Of a stretch of DNA of 64,000 nt, positions 11,450-21,542 are shown one piece after another. A program made the position numbers and the translations under genes. Source of the DNA: an uncultured Planctomycetaceae bacterium (lineage in GTDB: Bacteria; Planctomycetota; Planctomycetia; Isosphaerales; Isosphaeraceae); assembly GCA_963833985.1 (NCBI GenBank), contig CAWIAD010000002.1, positions 4,320,001 to 4,384,000 on the forward strand, read 5' to 3'. Numbering within the stretch: position 1 is the first letter of the stretch; each line of letters begins with the position of its first letter. A model generated the notes under the pieces. The model was not told where the DNA came from. It worked only from the letters and a program-made list of their open reading frames with translations, and ran no database searches.

Positions 11450-12727
11450 TCAATCAAGCCGGCCGTTGTGGATATTGGTGATGTTGTCGCGCTTGCGCGT
11501 GCGGATCGTGGTATCGGTCGTGTTATGATAAACACTCATGTTTGTGTCGAGCGGCAACGGGTTGGAGACGTCCGGGTTGTACTGCCCGGCCACGCCGTAC
11601 TGACCATCCAGACCCGAGGAGATGATCTGGAAGCTCTGCGGGTTGTAAAATGTCGTGGCGCTGGTGACGGTGCCGGAGATCGGTGCCGAGGTCGTGCTGG
11701 TGTACGGGTTGGGCGCCGGCGAGAGGCAGACATTGTTCGCCACGGGAAACTTGACGAAGTAGCCCAGGTACGGGATAGAGCCATTCATGTCCACCTCCGC
11801 GTCCGGGGCCGTCGCGAAGTTCACGTCGTTGGGGTCGTAGCCGCCGTTGCCGTAGGCGCTGAAGTAGGCGTAGAAATTGATCTGGCCGTTGCCCAGCGTG
11901 TTGCCCAGCGAGTCGACGTAGCCGGGAATCTGGGGCAGGGTGAACGAGGTGTAAGGATTCGTCGGGTCGATCATCAGCCGGCCGGGGTTGAACTCGAAGA
12001 GCGGGGGCTGGCGGTTGCCGCTGTAGTTGGTGCTGCCGACGATGCTGTTGGTGAACGGATTGGTGGGGTCCTTGCCGAAGCCCGTGAGACCATAGCCGCT
12101 GTTGGTCTGGAGCGGCACACCACCCAGGAAGAAGACGAGGCACTCGTGCCCCTGGAGGATATAGGGAGCGTCCATCACCCCGTTGCCGTTGAAGTCGTAC
12201 CAGCGTCCTCCGGTAGGGATGGATCCGAAGTTGCCGGGATAGACGATCCCTTGCGTGTTGAAATTGACCCTGGGGAAGAACTTCCGCAGGGCAGAGATCG
12301 ACCGCTGCGCCAGTTGCCCGAGCGTGATATCGCCCACCGAGGTGCCCGCCGGAAGGTACGCTGTACTGTTCACGACGCTGTAGTCGCCGTTCTCAGCGAG
12401 GTAAACCCGGCTCGGCGGGTAGTCGCCGTACTGGCTCTTGAACTGCGCGAGCGCCTGGGCCATCTGGTTGATCTCGCCGCCCACGGCCGTATTCTTGGCC
12501 GACCGCAGGGCGGCGTTGATCGCCGGCAAGAGCAGGGCGATCAGCACCGCCAGGATGAGGATCACGACCAGCAGCTCCACCATGGTGAAGCCGCTTCTCC
12601 GTCGTGGTGATGCGATCGCACGCCGTGGGCGGGGAATAATGGGCAGTGGGCCGTGGGCCGTGGGCCGTGGCGGGAGACCACTGCCGGTGGCCCGAGAGTC
12701 GTCGATGGCCGTTTGCGGATTGCACAT
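11450..12727 (-). CDS. Large prepilin-type (GspG/PilA-like N-terminus) protein, ~425 aa
   Basis: RRRSG|FTMVELLVVILILAVLIALLLPAI...QFKSQYGDYPPS; ATG 12727 preceded by GAGGAG. The ORF extension to 12910 translates the repeat and is not the true start. Confidence 0.8.
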   Translation of the reverse strand: MCNPQTAIDDSRATGSGLPPRPTAHGPLPIIPRPRRAIASPRRRSGFTMVELLVVILILAVLIALLLPAINAALRSAKNTAVGGEINQMAQALAQFKSQYGDYPPSRVYLAENGDYSVVNSTAYLPAGTSVGDITLGQLAQRSISALRKFFPRVNFNTQGIVYPGNFGSIPTGGRWYDFNGNGVMDAPYILQGHECLVFFLGGVPLQTNSGYGLTGFGKDPTNPFTNSIVGSTNYSGNRQPPLFEFNPGRLMIDPTNPYTSFTLPQIPGYVDSLGNTLGNGQINFYAYFSAYGNGGYDPNDVNFATAPDAEVDMNGSIPYLGYFVKFPVANNVCLSPAPNPYTSTTSAPISGTVTSATTFYNPQSFQIISSGLDGQYGVAGQYNPDVSNPLPLDTNMSVYHNTTDTTIRTRKRDNITNIHNGRLD

Positions 12728-12793
12728 GTCACGCGGCTCCTCTGTATCCCTTTGGATGCGATGCGATCCCGTGGATTGATTGCCCAATGCCGC

Positions 12794-12901
12794 CTGCCTA
12801 CCGCCGCCCTGGTGGGCCTCGCCTTGCGGCTCGACCCACCCTACAAACTGCCTACCGCCGCCCTGGTGGGCCTCGCCTTGCGGCTCGACCCACCCTACAA
12901 A
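12794..12901 (-). repeat. Perfect 54-bp tandem duplication of a GTAG REP-like element
   Basis: Two identical units containing GTAGGGTGGGTCGAGCCGCAAGGCGAGGCCCACC (minus strand), same core as 6653-6756. Confidence 0.85.
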
Positions 12902-12917
12902 GCTGCCCACTGCCGGA

Positions 12918-14159
12918 TCAGCCTGACAGCTTGGTGATGAGCGTGATCAGGGGCAGGAAGAGGGCGATCACGATGAAGCCGACGATGCCGCCCAGGACGA
13001 CGATCATGATCGGCTCGAGCAGGCTCACGAGCGACTCCACGGCCACTTCCACCTCTTCGTCGTAGTTGTCGGCAATCTTGTTGAGCATGGTGTCGAGCTC
13101 GCCGGTCTCCTCGCCGACGTCGATCATGTTGACCACGATGTCGTCGACGATGCGCGCCTTGCGCAGGGGCTGGGCGATGGTCTCGCCCTCGCGGATGCTC
13201 TCATAAATACGCGTGAACGCCCGCTCGAAGACCGCGTTGCCGGCGGTCTCCTTGACGATGTTCAGCGACTCGAGGATGGGCACGCCCGACTGCACCAGGG
13301 TGCCCAGGGTGCGCATCGTGCGCGCCACGGTGGACTTCTCGGCGATCGTCCCCATGACCGGTATCATGAGCAGGATCCGGTCGCAGACGTAGGCCCCCGT
13401 CTTGTTGCGGTATAATAACTTGATGAATACCCAGAACAGAAACGGAGTCAAGAAGACCACGTAGAAATACTTGATCAGGAAGTGGCTCGCATCGATGAGG
13501 ATGGTGGTCATGCGCGGCAGCGGGACGCCGAAATCTTTGAAGATCGATTCAAACTTGGGGATGATGTAATAAAGAATGAAGCCGACGATCGTGCAGGCGA
13601 CGAGGATGACCACGACCGGGTAGACCATGGCGCCCTTGATCTTCCGCTTCAGCGACTGGGCCTTTTCCTTGAAGTCGGCGAGCCGCTGGAGGATCGCCTC
13701 GAGGGCACCGCCGGCCTCGCCCGCCTTGATCATGTTGCAGTAGAGCCGGTCGAACGCCTTGGGGTGTTTCTGGAACGCCTCGGAGAGGGTCTGGCCGCTC
13801 TCGATGTCCTCGATCACGTCGCCCAGGGCGTTCTTGAGCACTCCGGGCTTCGACTGGCCTTCCAGGATCTTCAGGCTGCGGAGGATGGGCAGGCCGGCAT
13901 CCTGAAGCGTCGAGAGCTGGCGGGTGAAGGTGCAAAGCTGCTTGGTGGAGATCTTGCCGATCGTGAATGACTTCTTCTTCCGGCGGCCCCCCTTCTTGGC
14001 GGCCGACTTGCGGGTCTTCTTCGCCTTCTCAGAGATCTTGGTGACGAAGAAGCCCTTCTGGCGGATCAGTTGCTGGGCTTCTTCCTGGGTCGCGGCGTCG
14101 ATCGAGTCCTTGACCTCGCGCCCCGTGTGGTCCATCGCTTCATATTGAAAAGTCGGCAT
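12918..14159 (-). CDS. pilC: Type IV pilus/T2SS inner-membrane platform protein (PilC/GspF family)
   Basis: FTRQLSTLQDAGLP, AGEAGGALEAILQRLADF, AMVYP, GEETGELDTML, LLEPIMIV. Confidence 0.95.
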   Translation of the reverse strand: MPTFQYEAMDHTGREVKDSIDAATQEEAQQLIRQKGFFVTKISEKAKKTRKSAAKKGGRRKKKSFTIGKISTKQLCTFTRQLSTLQDAGLPILRSLKILEGQSKPGVLKNALGDVIEDIESGQTLSEAFQKHPKAFDRLYCNMIKAGEAGGALEAILQRLADFKEKAQSLKRKIKGAMVYPVVVILVACTIVGFILYYIIPKFESIFKDFGVPLPRMTTILIDASHFLIKYFYVVFLTPFLFWVFIKLLYRNKTGAYVCDRILLMIPVMGTIAEKSTVARTMRTLGTLVQSGVPILESLNIVKETAGNAVFERAFTRIYESIREGETIAQPLRKARIVDDIVVNMIDVGEETGELDTMLNKIADNYDEEVEVAVESLVSLLEPIMIVVLGGIVGFIVIALFLPLITLITKLSG

Positions 14160-14208
14160 AAATGCTCTCCGTCAGGATGGAAAGGGGCCAGCGGCGCGTG
14201 CCTGGGGC

Positions 14209-15924
14209 TCAGATTTCCGTCATGGTTTCCCGGATGATCTCCTCGACGCTGGTGACCCCGCGATCGATGGCCTGGAGACCGGACTCGCGCAGGGTCCGCA
14301 TGCCGTACTTGCGGCAGGCGTTGCGGAACTCATCGAGTGAGACCTCGGAGACGACCATGTCGCGCAGGTTTTCGTTCATGATCGCCAGCTCGTAGATTCC
14401 CATCCGGCCCTTGTAGCCGGTGTTGTTGCACTTGTCGCAGCCCTTGCCATAGAACCACTTCTGGGCCGCGGCCTGCTCGGCGGTCAGCCCCAGCTCCATG
14501 ATCACCTCCTGGCTGGGGGTGAACTCGGTGCGGCAGAAGTTGCAGATCTTCCGCACCAGCCGCTGGGCCAGCATGGCCTCCACGGTGGCCGTGATGAGGA
14601 AGGTCGGCAGGCCCATGTCGCGCAGCCGGGTGATCGCCGAGGGGGCGTCGTTGGTGTGCAGCGTGGTGAAGACGATGTGGCCCGTGAGCGACGCCTGGAT
14701 CGAGATCTCGGCGGTCTCCAGGTCCCGCGTCTCGCCCACCAGGATCTTGTCCGGGTCCTGGCGGAGGATCGCCCGCAGGCAGTTGGCGAAGGTGACGCCG
14801 ATCTCGGGGTTGATCGGCACCTGCACGAGCCCCTCGATCTCGTACTCCACCGGCTCCTCGGTGGTGATGATCTTGTCCTCGATCTTGTTCAGCTCGTTGA
14901 GCGTGGCGTAGAGGGTGGTGGTCTTGCCCGACGACGTCGGCCCGGTCACCAAGATGATGCCGTTGGGCTTCATGATCACTTCCATCCACTTCGCCAGCGT
15001 GTCCTCGGGCATGCCCAGCTTGCGCAGGTCAAGCTGCACCACCGAGCGGTCGAGGATCCGCAACACCACGCTCTCGCCGAACATGGTGGGCAGGGTGGAG
15101 ACCCGGATGTCCACGTTGTTGCCGCCCAGGGCAAGCTGGATCTTGCCGTCCTGCGGCAGCCGGCGCTCGGCGATGTCAAGATTCGACATGACCTTGATGC
15201 GGCTGGCGATGGCCGGCGCCAGGTGCCGCGGGGGGGGCACTAGCTCGTAGAGGATGCCGTCCACCCGGTAGCGCATCTTGTATTCTTCCTCGAACGGCTC
15301 GAAGTGGATGTCCGAGGCCTTGTCCTTGATCGCCAGGAGCAGCACCATGTTCAGGAGCTTGCGCACCGGGGCCGCCTCGGCCATCTCCTCGATCGCCTCG
15401 AGGTCGATGGTGTTCTGGTTGCGGTTGGCCAGCTGCGCCAGGCCCTTGTCCTGCTCGATCTGCTTGACCACGTCCTGGATGGTCTCGTGGTGGCCGGCGT
15501 AGAGCCGCTCGATGGCCGACATCACGTCCGACTCGGACGCCACCGCCCCTTTGACCTCCACCCCCAGGAAGAGCCGCAGGCTGTCGATGGTCGAGGGGTT
15601 CTGGGGCTCGGCCATGGCCACCGTGACGCTCTTGTCCTTCTTGTTCTGCGAGACCGGCACCACCTTGTAGGCCGTGGCCATGCTCTCGTTGACCAGCTCG
15701 GTCATCTCGGCGGGAATGGTGGTGTCGGCGAGCTTGATCACCTTCATGCCGAGCTGCTCGCCGAGCGCCTTGAGCACCTGGTCTTCCTTCACCATCCCCA
15801 TGCGCACCGCGACCTTGCCCAGAAGCTCGGTGCCGGAGCGCTTCTGCTCCTCGAGCAGCTTCCAGAGGCCATCCTCGTCGAGGTAGCCCATGTCCACCAT
15901 GATCGTGCCGATGCGTCGCGCCAT
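14209..15924 (-). CDS. pilB: PilB/GspE family extension ATPase (copy 2)
   Basis: MshEN-like N-terminus (RRIGTIMVDMG), ASDIHFEP, Walker A GPTSSGKTT, LRQDPD, LTGHIVFTTLHTND, tetracysteine Zn motif. Confidence 0.92.
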   Translation of the reverse strand: MARRIGTIMVDMGYLDEDGLWKLLEEQKRSGTELLGKVAVRMGMVKEDQVLKALGEQLGMKVIKLADTTIPAEMTELVNESMATAYKVVPVSQNKKDKSVTVAMAEPQNPSTIDSLRLFLGVEVKGAVASESDVMSAIERLYAGHHETIQDVVKQIEQDKGLAQLANRNQNTIDLEAIEEMAEAAPVRKLLNMVLLLAIKDKASDIHFEPFEEEYKMRYRVDGILYELVPPPRHLAPAIASRIKVMSNLDIAERRLPQDGKIQLALGGNNVDIRVSTLPTMFGESVVLRILDRSVVQLDLRKLGMPEDTLAKWMEVIMKPNGIILVTGPTSSGKTTTLYATLNELNKIEDKIITTEEPVEYEIEGLVQVPINPEIGVTFANCLRAILRQDPDKILVGETRDLETAEISIQASLTGHIVFTTLHTNDAPSAITRLRDMGLPTFLITATVEAMLAQRLVRKICNFCRTEFTPSQEVIMELGLTAEQAAAQKWFYGKGCDKCNNTGYKGRMGIYELAIMNENLRDMVVSEVSLDEFRNACRKYGMRTLRESGLQAIDRGVTSVEEIIRETMTEI

Positions 15925-16291
15925 GCCTGTTCGTCCCGGTCTGGTCTGTCGCTGGAACCGAACCCTCCGCGCAGGGACCAAGCCGTTTCCCGCGCGGGGT
16001 TCGCTGCGTGCCGGTTTGTTGTGAGTGCAAGAAATTCAGAAAACGGACGGCGGAATCCAGAACGAACCCCGCCCTGACGGAGAATCAACCCGGAACAGGA
16101 CCGAGGTCGCGTCCCGCCGAAGCCAGCTCGAAGGCCCGATGCGGCCGGCCCGGCCGGGCCTCGCCCGCGGGGCAGGCCTGCCAGGCCCGGATGACGGCAT
16201 TCAATGATTCAATGACGATAATTTCTTAGACATCCTTACATTCGAATGACGGATCAGCGGGAGCACCGTGACAGCGGGCCGCGCGGGGGGC

Positions 16292-17413
16292 TCATTTCTC
16301 CTCTTCCTCCTCGCTCGCCTCGTCCTCGAAGATGCCCTTCTTGGCGTTCTCGATGCGTTCACGCAGATCGTTCGGCTTGCGGGACTTGAACATCACCTCG
16401 GTCTCCTCCACCAGGCCCTGGCGCCAGAGGTTGAAGAGGCTGTCGTCGAGGAGGATCATGCCGTGCTTGCGGCCGGTCTGGATGGACGAATCGATACGGT
16501 ACGTCTTGTTCTCGCGGATCAGGTTGGAGATCGCCGGCGTGACGACGAGCATCTCGTAGGCGGCCACCAGCCCCTTGGGTTTGCGTGGCAAGAGGGCCTG
16601 GGCCAGAATGCCGATGATCGCCACCGACAGCTGGGTGCGGATCTGGTCCTGCTGCTCCTTGGGGAAGACGTCGATGATCCGGTTGACGGTGCCTTCCGCC
16701 GAGTTGGTGTGCAGGGTGCCGAAGACGATGTGGCCCGTCTCGGCGGCGGTGATGGCCGCCTGGATGGTGGCCAGGTCGCGCATCTCACCCACCAGGATGA
16801 TGTCCGGGTCCATCCGCAGGGCGCGGCGGATCGCCTCGGGGAAGTCGGGCACATCAATGCCGATCTCGCGCTGGTTCACAAGCGACTTGTTGTGCTTGTG
16901 GAAGTACTCGATCGGATCCTCGATGGTGATGATGTGCCGGTCCATGTTGTTGTTGATCCAGTTGATCATCGAGGCCAGGCTGGTCGTCTTGCCCGACCCT
17001 GTCGGCCCGGTGACCAGGATCAGCCCGCGTGGACGCGTGATCAGGTTTCCGATCACCGCCGGCAGGCCAAGCTGCTCGAACGTCAGGAACTCGTTGGGGA
17101 TCCGCCGCAGCACCAGCCCCACGTTGCCGCGCTGCTTGAAGACCGCGACGCGGAACCGCGCCATCTCGCCAAAGGCGAAGCCGAAGTCGGTACCCCCCAC
17201 CTCCTGCAACTCTTGCTGGCAACGCTCCGGCGTGATGCTCTTCATGAGCGCCACGGTGTCCGGCGGCTCCAGGACCTTCGTCGCCAGTGGGCGCATGTGG
17301 CCATGCAACCGCACCACCGGCTGCTGGCCAACCGTCAGGTGCAGGTCACTGGCTTTCTGAGTGCAGACCGTTTGCAGCAGCTTGTCGATGAGCAACGTGC
17401 CCATTGCCGTCAC
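16292..17413 (-). CDS. pilT: Twitching motility retraction ATPase PilT
   Basis: GPTGSGKTT, TIEDPIEY, ALRMDPDIILVGEMRD, AAETGH, AISNLIRE (AIRNLIRE-like). Confidence 0.95.
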   Translation of the reverse strand: MTAMGTLLIDKLLQTVCTQKASDLHLTVGQQPVVRLHGHMRPLATKVLEPPDTVALMKSITPERCQQELQEVGGTDFGFAFGEMARFRVAVFKQRGNVGLVLRRIPNEFLTFEQLGLPAVIGNLITRPRGLILVTGPTGSGKTTSLASMINWINNNMDRHIITIEDPIEYFHKHNKSLVNQREIGIDVPDFPEAIRRALRMDPDIILVGEMRDLATIQAAITAAETGHIVFGTLHTNSAEGTVNRIIDVFPKEQQDQIRTQLSVAIIGILAQALLPRKPKGLVAAYEMLVVTPAISNLIRENKTYRIDSSIQTGRKHGMILLDDSLFNLWRQGLVEETEVMFKSRKPNDLRERIENAKKGIFEDEASEEEEEK

Positions 17414-17735
17414 AGACCTCCCACGGAGAGATGATTCCAGCCCACGCCCGCCGACTCGTGCCGATCATCCGGGGGTTGACTTTGTCCTGGAAACCAGGTG
17501 TCCACCGTATTCCAGAGCCTCGCGTTGGAGTTACGGAATGAGCTGTGCGGCTCACCTCACCCCCATTATCGGGCCCCCGAGTGATCAGATCAAGCTGATG
17601 GCGGTCCACAACTTCGGCGCACTTCACCCGTTCCAAACCAGAGCGGACCGGTGCGGCCTTCCTGGTCCGCCCTTTCCCGGCCGGGGGGGTTGGCACCCAC
17701 ACCGGCCGGTCATGGCCATACATGGAACTCCCGTC

Positions 17736-19473
17736 TCACTTCTTCGCGGTCAGCAGCCCCTCGCTGATCATGTCGTGCTGGGTGATCCGCAAGACCTCGT
17801 CAAGCGTCGTCTGGCCCTTGATCGCCTTCACGATCCCGTCCTCGAACAATGTGCCGCATCCCCTGCTTGCGAGCCACTCTACGAATAGACTGGGTGGACT
17901 CCCCCTTGAACGTCATCTCGCGCACCTGCGTGGTCAGGGTCATCAGCTCGAAGATGCCCATGCGGCCCCGATAGCCCTTCTTGTTGCAGTTGTTGCACCC
18001 CTTGCCCTTCATGAAGTTGGCCTTCTTGGCCAGCTCCGGCCGCAACCCCAAACTTGCCAGAATATGTGCCGGGGGCTCGTACCGCACCTTGCACTTGGGG
18101 CAAACTTTACGTACCAACCGTTGAGCCATGATCGCAAGCACCGAGCTGGCGACCAGGAATGGCTGGATCCCGATATCCACCAGACGTGTAATGGCACTGG
18201 GCGCATCGTTCGTGTGAAGCGTACTGAAAACCAGGTGTCCCGTCAGTGAGGCCTGGATTGCGGTCTCAGCCGTCTCCAGATCCCGGATTTCGCCGACCAG
18301 GAGGATGTTCGGGTTCTGCCGCAGCATGGCCCGGATGATCCGCGCGAAGGTCATGCCAATCTTCGCCTTCACCTCACATTGGTTCACACCTGGAAGATAG
18401 TACTCGACCGGGTCCTCGGCCGTGATGATCTTCACGTCCGGGCGATTCAGCTCGTTGAGCGCGGCGTACAGCGTGGTCGTCTTGCCCGAGCCGGTCGGCC
18501 CCGTCACCAGCAAGATCCCGTTCGGCCGCTTGACCATGGTCTTGAACCGTGCGAAATCATCGTCGGCGAACCCCAGGTCCTGGAGGCCCACCTTGATGTT
18601 CTCACGGTCCAGGATCCGCATCACCACCGACTGCCCATGCGTGGTTGGTAGAATGCTGACACGCAGGTCGATATCCTTGCCGGCGACCAAGATCTTGATC
18701 CGCCCGTCCTGCGGCCGGCGTTTCTCGGCAATATCGATCGAGCCCATGATTTTCAGGCGGCTGACGATGGCACCGAGCAGGCGGCGGGGTGCCGAGTCAC
18801 GCTCCATGAGCACGCCGTCGATGCGGTAACGGATCCGCACGCGGTCGGCGAAAGGCTCGATATGAATGTCGGAGGCGCGCATGGTGACCGCTTCCTGGAT
18901 GATCAGGTGCACCAGCTTGATGACCGGTGCGTCGCCCTCTTCCAGGGTGTTGGTCGTCGCGGATTTGCCGGTCGCACCGCCGTCCTCGGAGAAATCGATG
19001 GCCGTGTCGGTGAATTCCTGGAGCATCGAGTCGACCGATTCGGTCTCGCCACTGCTGGCCCCATAGTATTTATTGATCGCCTCGACGATGGCCTCCTTGG
19101 GCGCGAGCGCGACCTCGATCTCGCGATTGAGCACGAACCGCAGCTTCTCGATGGTCTCGAAGCCGAGCGGGTCGTGCATGATCACCTTGATCGAGCCGTT
19201 CCCCTGTGCCAGGGGCATGACGATATTCTCGCGGGCCAACGACTCGGGAACCAGCTCGATGACCGAGGCCGGGATCTCGATCTCGCGGAGCTCGACAAAC
19301 GGCAGCCCGTGCTGCTCGGCCTTGGCCTTCATGATGTCGTCGGCCTCGGCATATCCCAGCTTCACCAGGGAATCCTCGACCGATCCGCCCGCGCGCTGGG
19401 CTTCCTTGAGTTGATCGGGCCCGATGACGCCCCGCCGGATCAAGATGTCCGACCAGTCACGAGTCTTTGCCAT
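17736..19473 (-). CDS. pilB: PilB/GspE family extension ATPase (copy 1); C-terminal frameshift near 17853
   Basis: ASDIHIEP, GPTGSGKTT, TAEDPVEY, GEIRD, LTGHLVFSTLHTND. The canonical tail GMRTLFEDGIVKAIKGQTTLDEVLRIT lies in a shifted frame ending at the TGA at 17736. Confidence 0.92.
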
Positions 19474-19964
19474 GGGTGATGAGCTCCAGGGAGGAATATC
19501 GAGCCCGGACCGGCGCAGCGCAGTGGCCACGACCGCTCGCTCGGTCCCCTTGACCGCGTTTGCAAATAGGTGACCCCGCCCGCGCGCTCACCGAGCGCGA
19601 GAATCTGGCATAGCGTCAGGTACGGCTGCACGATTCCTGCTGTGACTACAAGGCGACCGACACGGTCCAACCAGACTGCGGGCATCCGACGGGAATGAAA
19701 AATCGATGATGACTCCTAAGCTTACCAAGCCGTTGGACTTTGAGCAAGCGAATACGAGGGAATTCGCGATCCCGGAAGTCTCCCGCAGGCAGCCTGGCGC
19801 GTGATCGCAGCAACGAGGTGCGCCGTCATCATCGACCTATCCCGGTGGCCGTTCCGGTGCAACGGCCGCGTCGGGAAGTTCCAGCCGCTTCTCAGCCGGC
19901 GCGCAATCCACTAAACTCGACTTCCAGGGTCTGCTCGCACGCGTCTCGACCGAGGAAAGCCGCC

Positions 19965-21542
19965 ATGGCCACCGCCGCCGATCGTCCCCAGGCCGTCCTG
20001 CTCCGGGGCGAGGACAACGTCGCCGTGGCCGCGCGGCCGATCGCCCGCGGGTCGGTCGTGGAATTGCCGGGGCTCACCGTCGAGGTCCGCGAGCCAATCG
20101 AACTGGGCCACAAGCTCGCGCTGCGGCCGATCGCCCGCGGTGCGCCGGTGCGGAAGTACGGCCAGATCATCGGTTTCGCCGCGCGGGACATTGATGCAGG
20201 ATCGCATGTGCACGTGCATAACCTGCGAGCCGACCTGTTCGACCGCGACTACGCGTTTGCCAGCGAGCATCCACAGCAGCCGGAACCGGGGCGGCCGCGG
20301 ACGTTCCGCGGCTTTCTGAGGCCCGATGGACGGGTCGGCACGCGCAACTACATTGCGGTGATCAGCACGGTGAACTGCTCGGCCAGCACCTCCCGGCTGG
20401 TGGCCGACCGGTTCCGCGATGGAGCCTGGTGCGGGGAGTTTCCGCACGTCGACGGCGTCTTCGCGATCACCCACAAGGGAGGCTGCGGGCTACCGTTCGA
20501 GGGGCTCGACCACCAGATCCTGGAACGCGTGCTTGCAGGTTTCGCCCATCATCCGAACGTGGCCGCCTACGTGATCGTCGGCCTCGGCTGCGAGGGAGCT
20601 TACGCCCAGCACCTCGTCGAAACCCAGAGGCTCACGCTCCTCGGCGCAGATCGGGCGCTCGGTTCCGGCCGGCCATCCGGCCCGGACCGGCCCCGCGTGC
20701 TGAACATCCAGGACCAGGGTGGGATCACGGCGACCGTGGAGGCCGCCGTCACCGCGGTGCGCGAGCTGATGCCCGCGGCCAACTCATGGCGGCGCAGCGA
20801 GCAGCCGGCCGCGAAGATCTGCCTGGCCATGGAATGCGGCGGTTCCGACGGCAACTCGGGAGTGACCGCCAACCCGGCCCTGGGCGTGGCGGCCGACCTG
20901 CTGGTCGCCCAGGGCGGCTCGGCCGTACTGGGTGAGACTCCGGAGATCTACGGGGCCGAGCACTTGCTGACGCGGCGCACGGTCAGCTCCGCGGTCGGCC
21001 AGAAGCTGGTCGACCGCATCCGCTGGTGGGAGTGGTACACCGGACTCTTCGGCGCCCGCATCGACAACAATCCCTCGCCCGGCAACAAGGCCGGGGGGCT
21101 GACGACGATCTACGAGAAATCGCTGGGCGCGCTGGCCAAGTCCGGGTCCACGGCGCTGGTGGACGTGGTCGACTACGCCGCCCCGGTCCGGACGCCGGGC
21201 CTGGTCTTCATGGACACTCCCGGCTACGACCCTCCCTGCACCACCGGCCTGGTCGCCGGCGGCGCGAACGTGCTGGTCTTCACGACCGGTCGCGGCAGCG
21301 TGCTGGGCCTGAAGCCCACGCCGTGCATCAAGCTGGCCACCAACACGCCGATGTTCGAGCGCATGAGCTCCGACATGGACCTGAACGCGGGGACCATCCT
21401 GGAGGGTGAGCCCGTGGACCAAGTGGGCGGCCGGCTGTTCGAGCTGATTCTCGAAGTCGCCAGCGGGACGAAGACGCGCAGCGAGCGGCAGGAAGTGGGC
21501 GAGGAGGAGTTTGCTCCCTGGACCATCGGGCCCACGCTGTGA
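19965..21542 (+). CDS. UxaA/GarD family altronate/galactarate dehydratase with N-terminal SAF domain
   Basis: DNVAVA, GHKLAL...VRKYGQIIG, VHVHN, GRVGTRNY, ECGGSD, NPSPGNKAGGLTTIYEKSLG, FTTGRGS. Confidence 0.9.
   Translation: MATAADRPQAVLLRGEDNVAVAARPIARGSVVELPGLTVEVREPIELGHKLALRPIARGAPVRKYGQIIGFAARDIDAGSHVHVHNLRADLFDRDYAFASEHPQQPEPGRPRTFRGFLRPDGRVGTRNYIAVISTVNCSASTSRLVADRFRDGAWCGEFPHVDGVFAITHKGGCGLPFEGLDHQILERVLAGFAHHPNVAAYVIVGLGCEGAYAQHLVETQRLTLLGADRALGSGRPSGPDRPRVLNIQDQGGITATVEAAVTAVRELMPAANSWRRSEQPAAKICLAMECGGSDGNSGVTANPALGVAADLLVAQGGSAVLGETPEIYGAEHLLTRRTVSSAVGQKLVDRIRWWEWYTGLFGARIDNNPSPGNKAGGLTTIYEKSLGALAKSGSTALVDVVDYAAPVRTPGLVFMDTPGYDPPCTTGLVAGGANVLVFTTGRGSVLGLKPTPCIKLATNTPMFERMSSDMDLNAGTILEGEPVDQVGGRLFELILEVASGTKTRSERQEVGEEEFAPWTIGPTL

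Noticed and set aside
136..12610. Long plus-strand ORFs (e.g. 2086-3369, 4463-6499, 10202-12610)
   Set aside because: Antisense shadows of high-GC minus-strand genes; R/G/V/H-rich with no motifs.
6653..12901. Tandem ~53-bp repeats as CRISPR arrays
   Set aside because: Only two units per site, the sequence between cores is duplicated rather than unique, and no cas genes are present.
16199..16214. ATTCAATG x2 direct repeat in the AT-rich pilT-pilB spacer
   Set aside because: Could be a regulator site but is too short to support alone.
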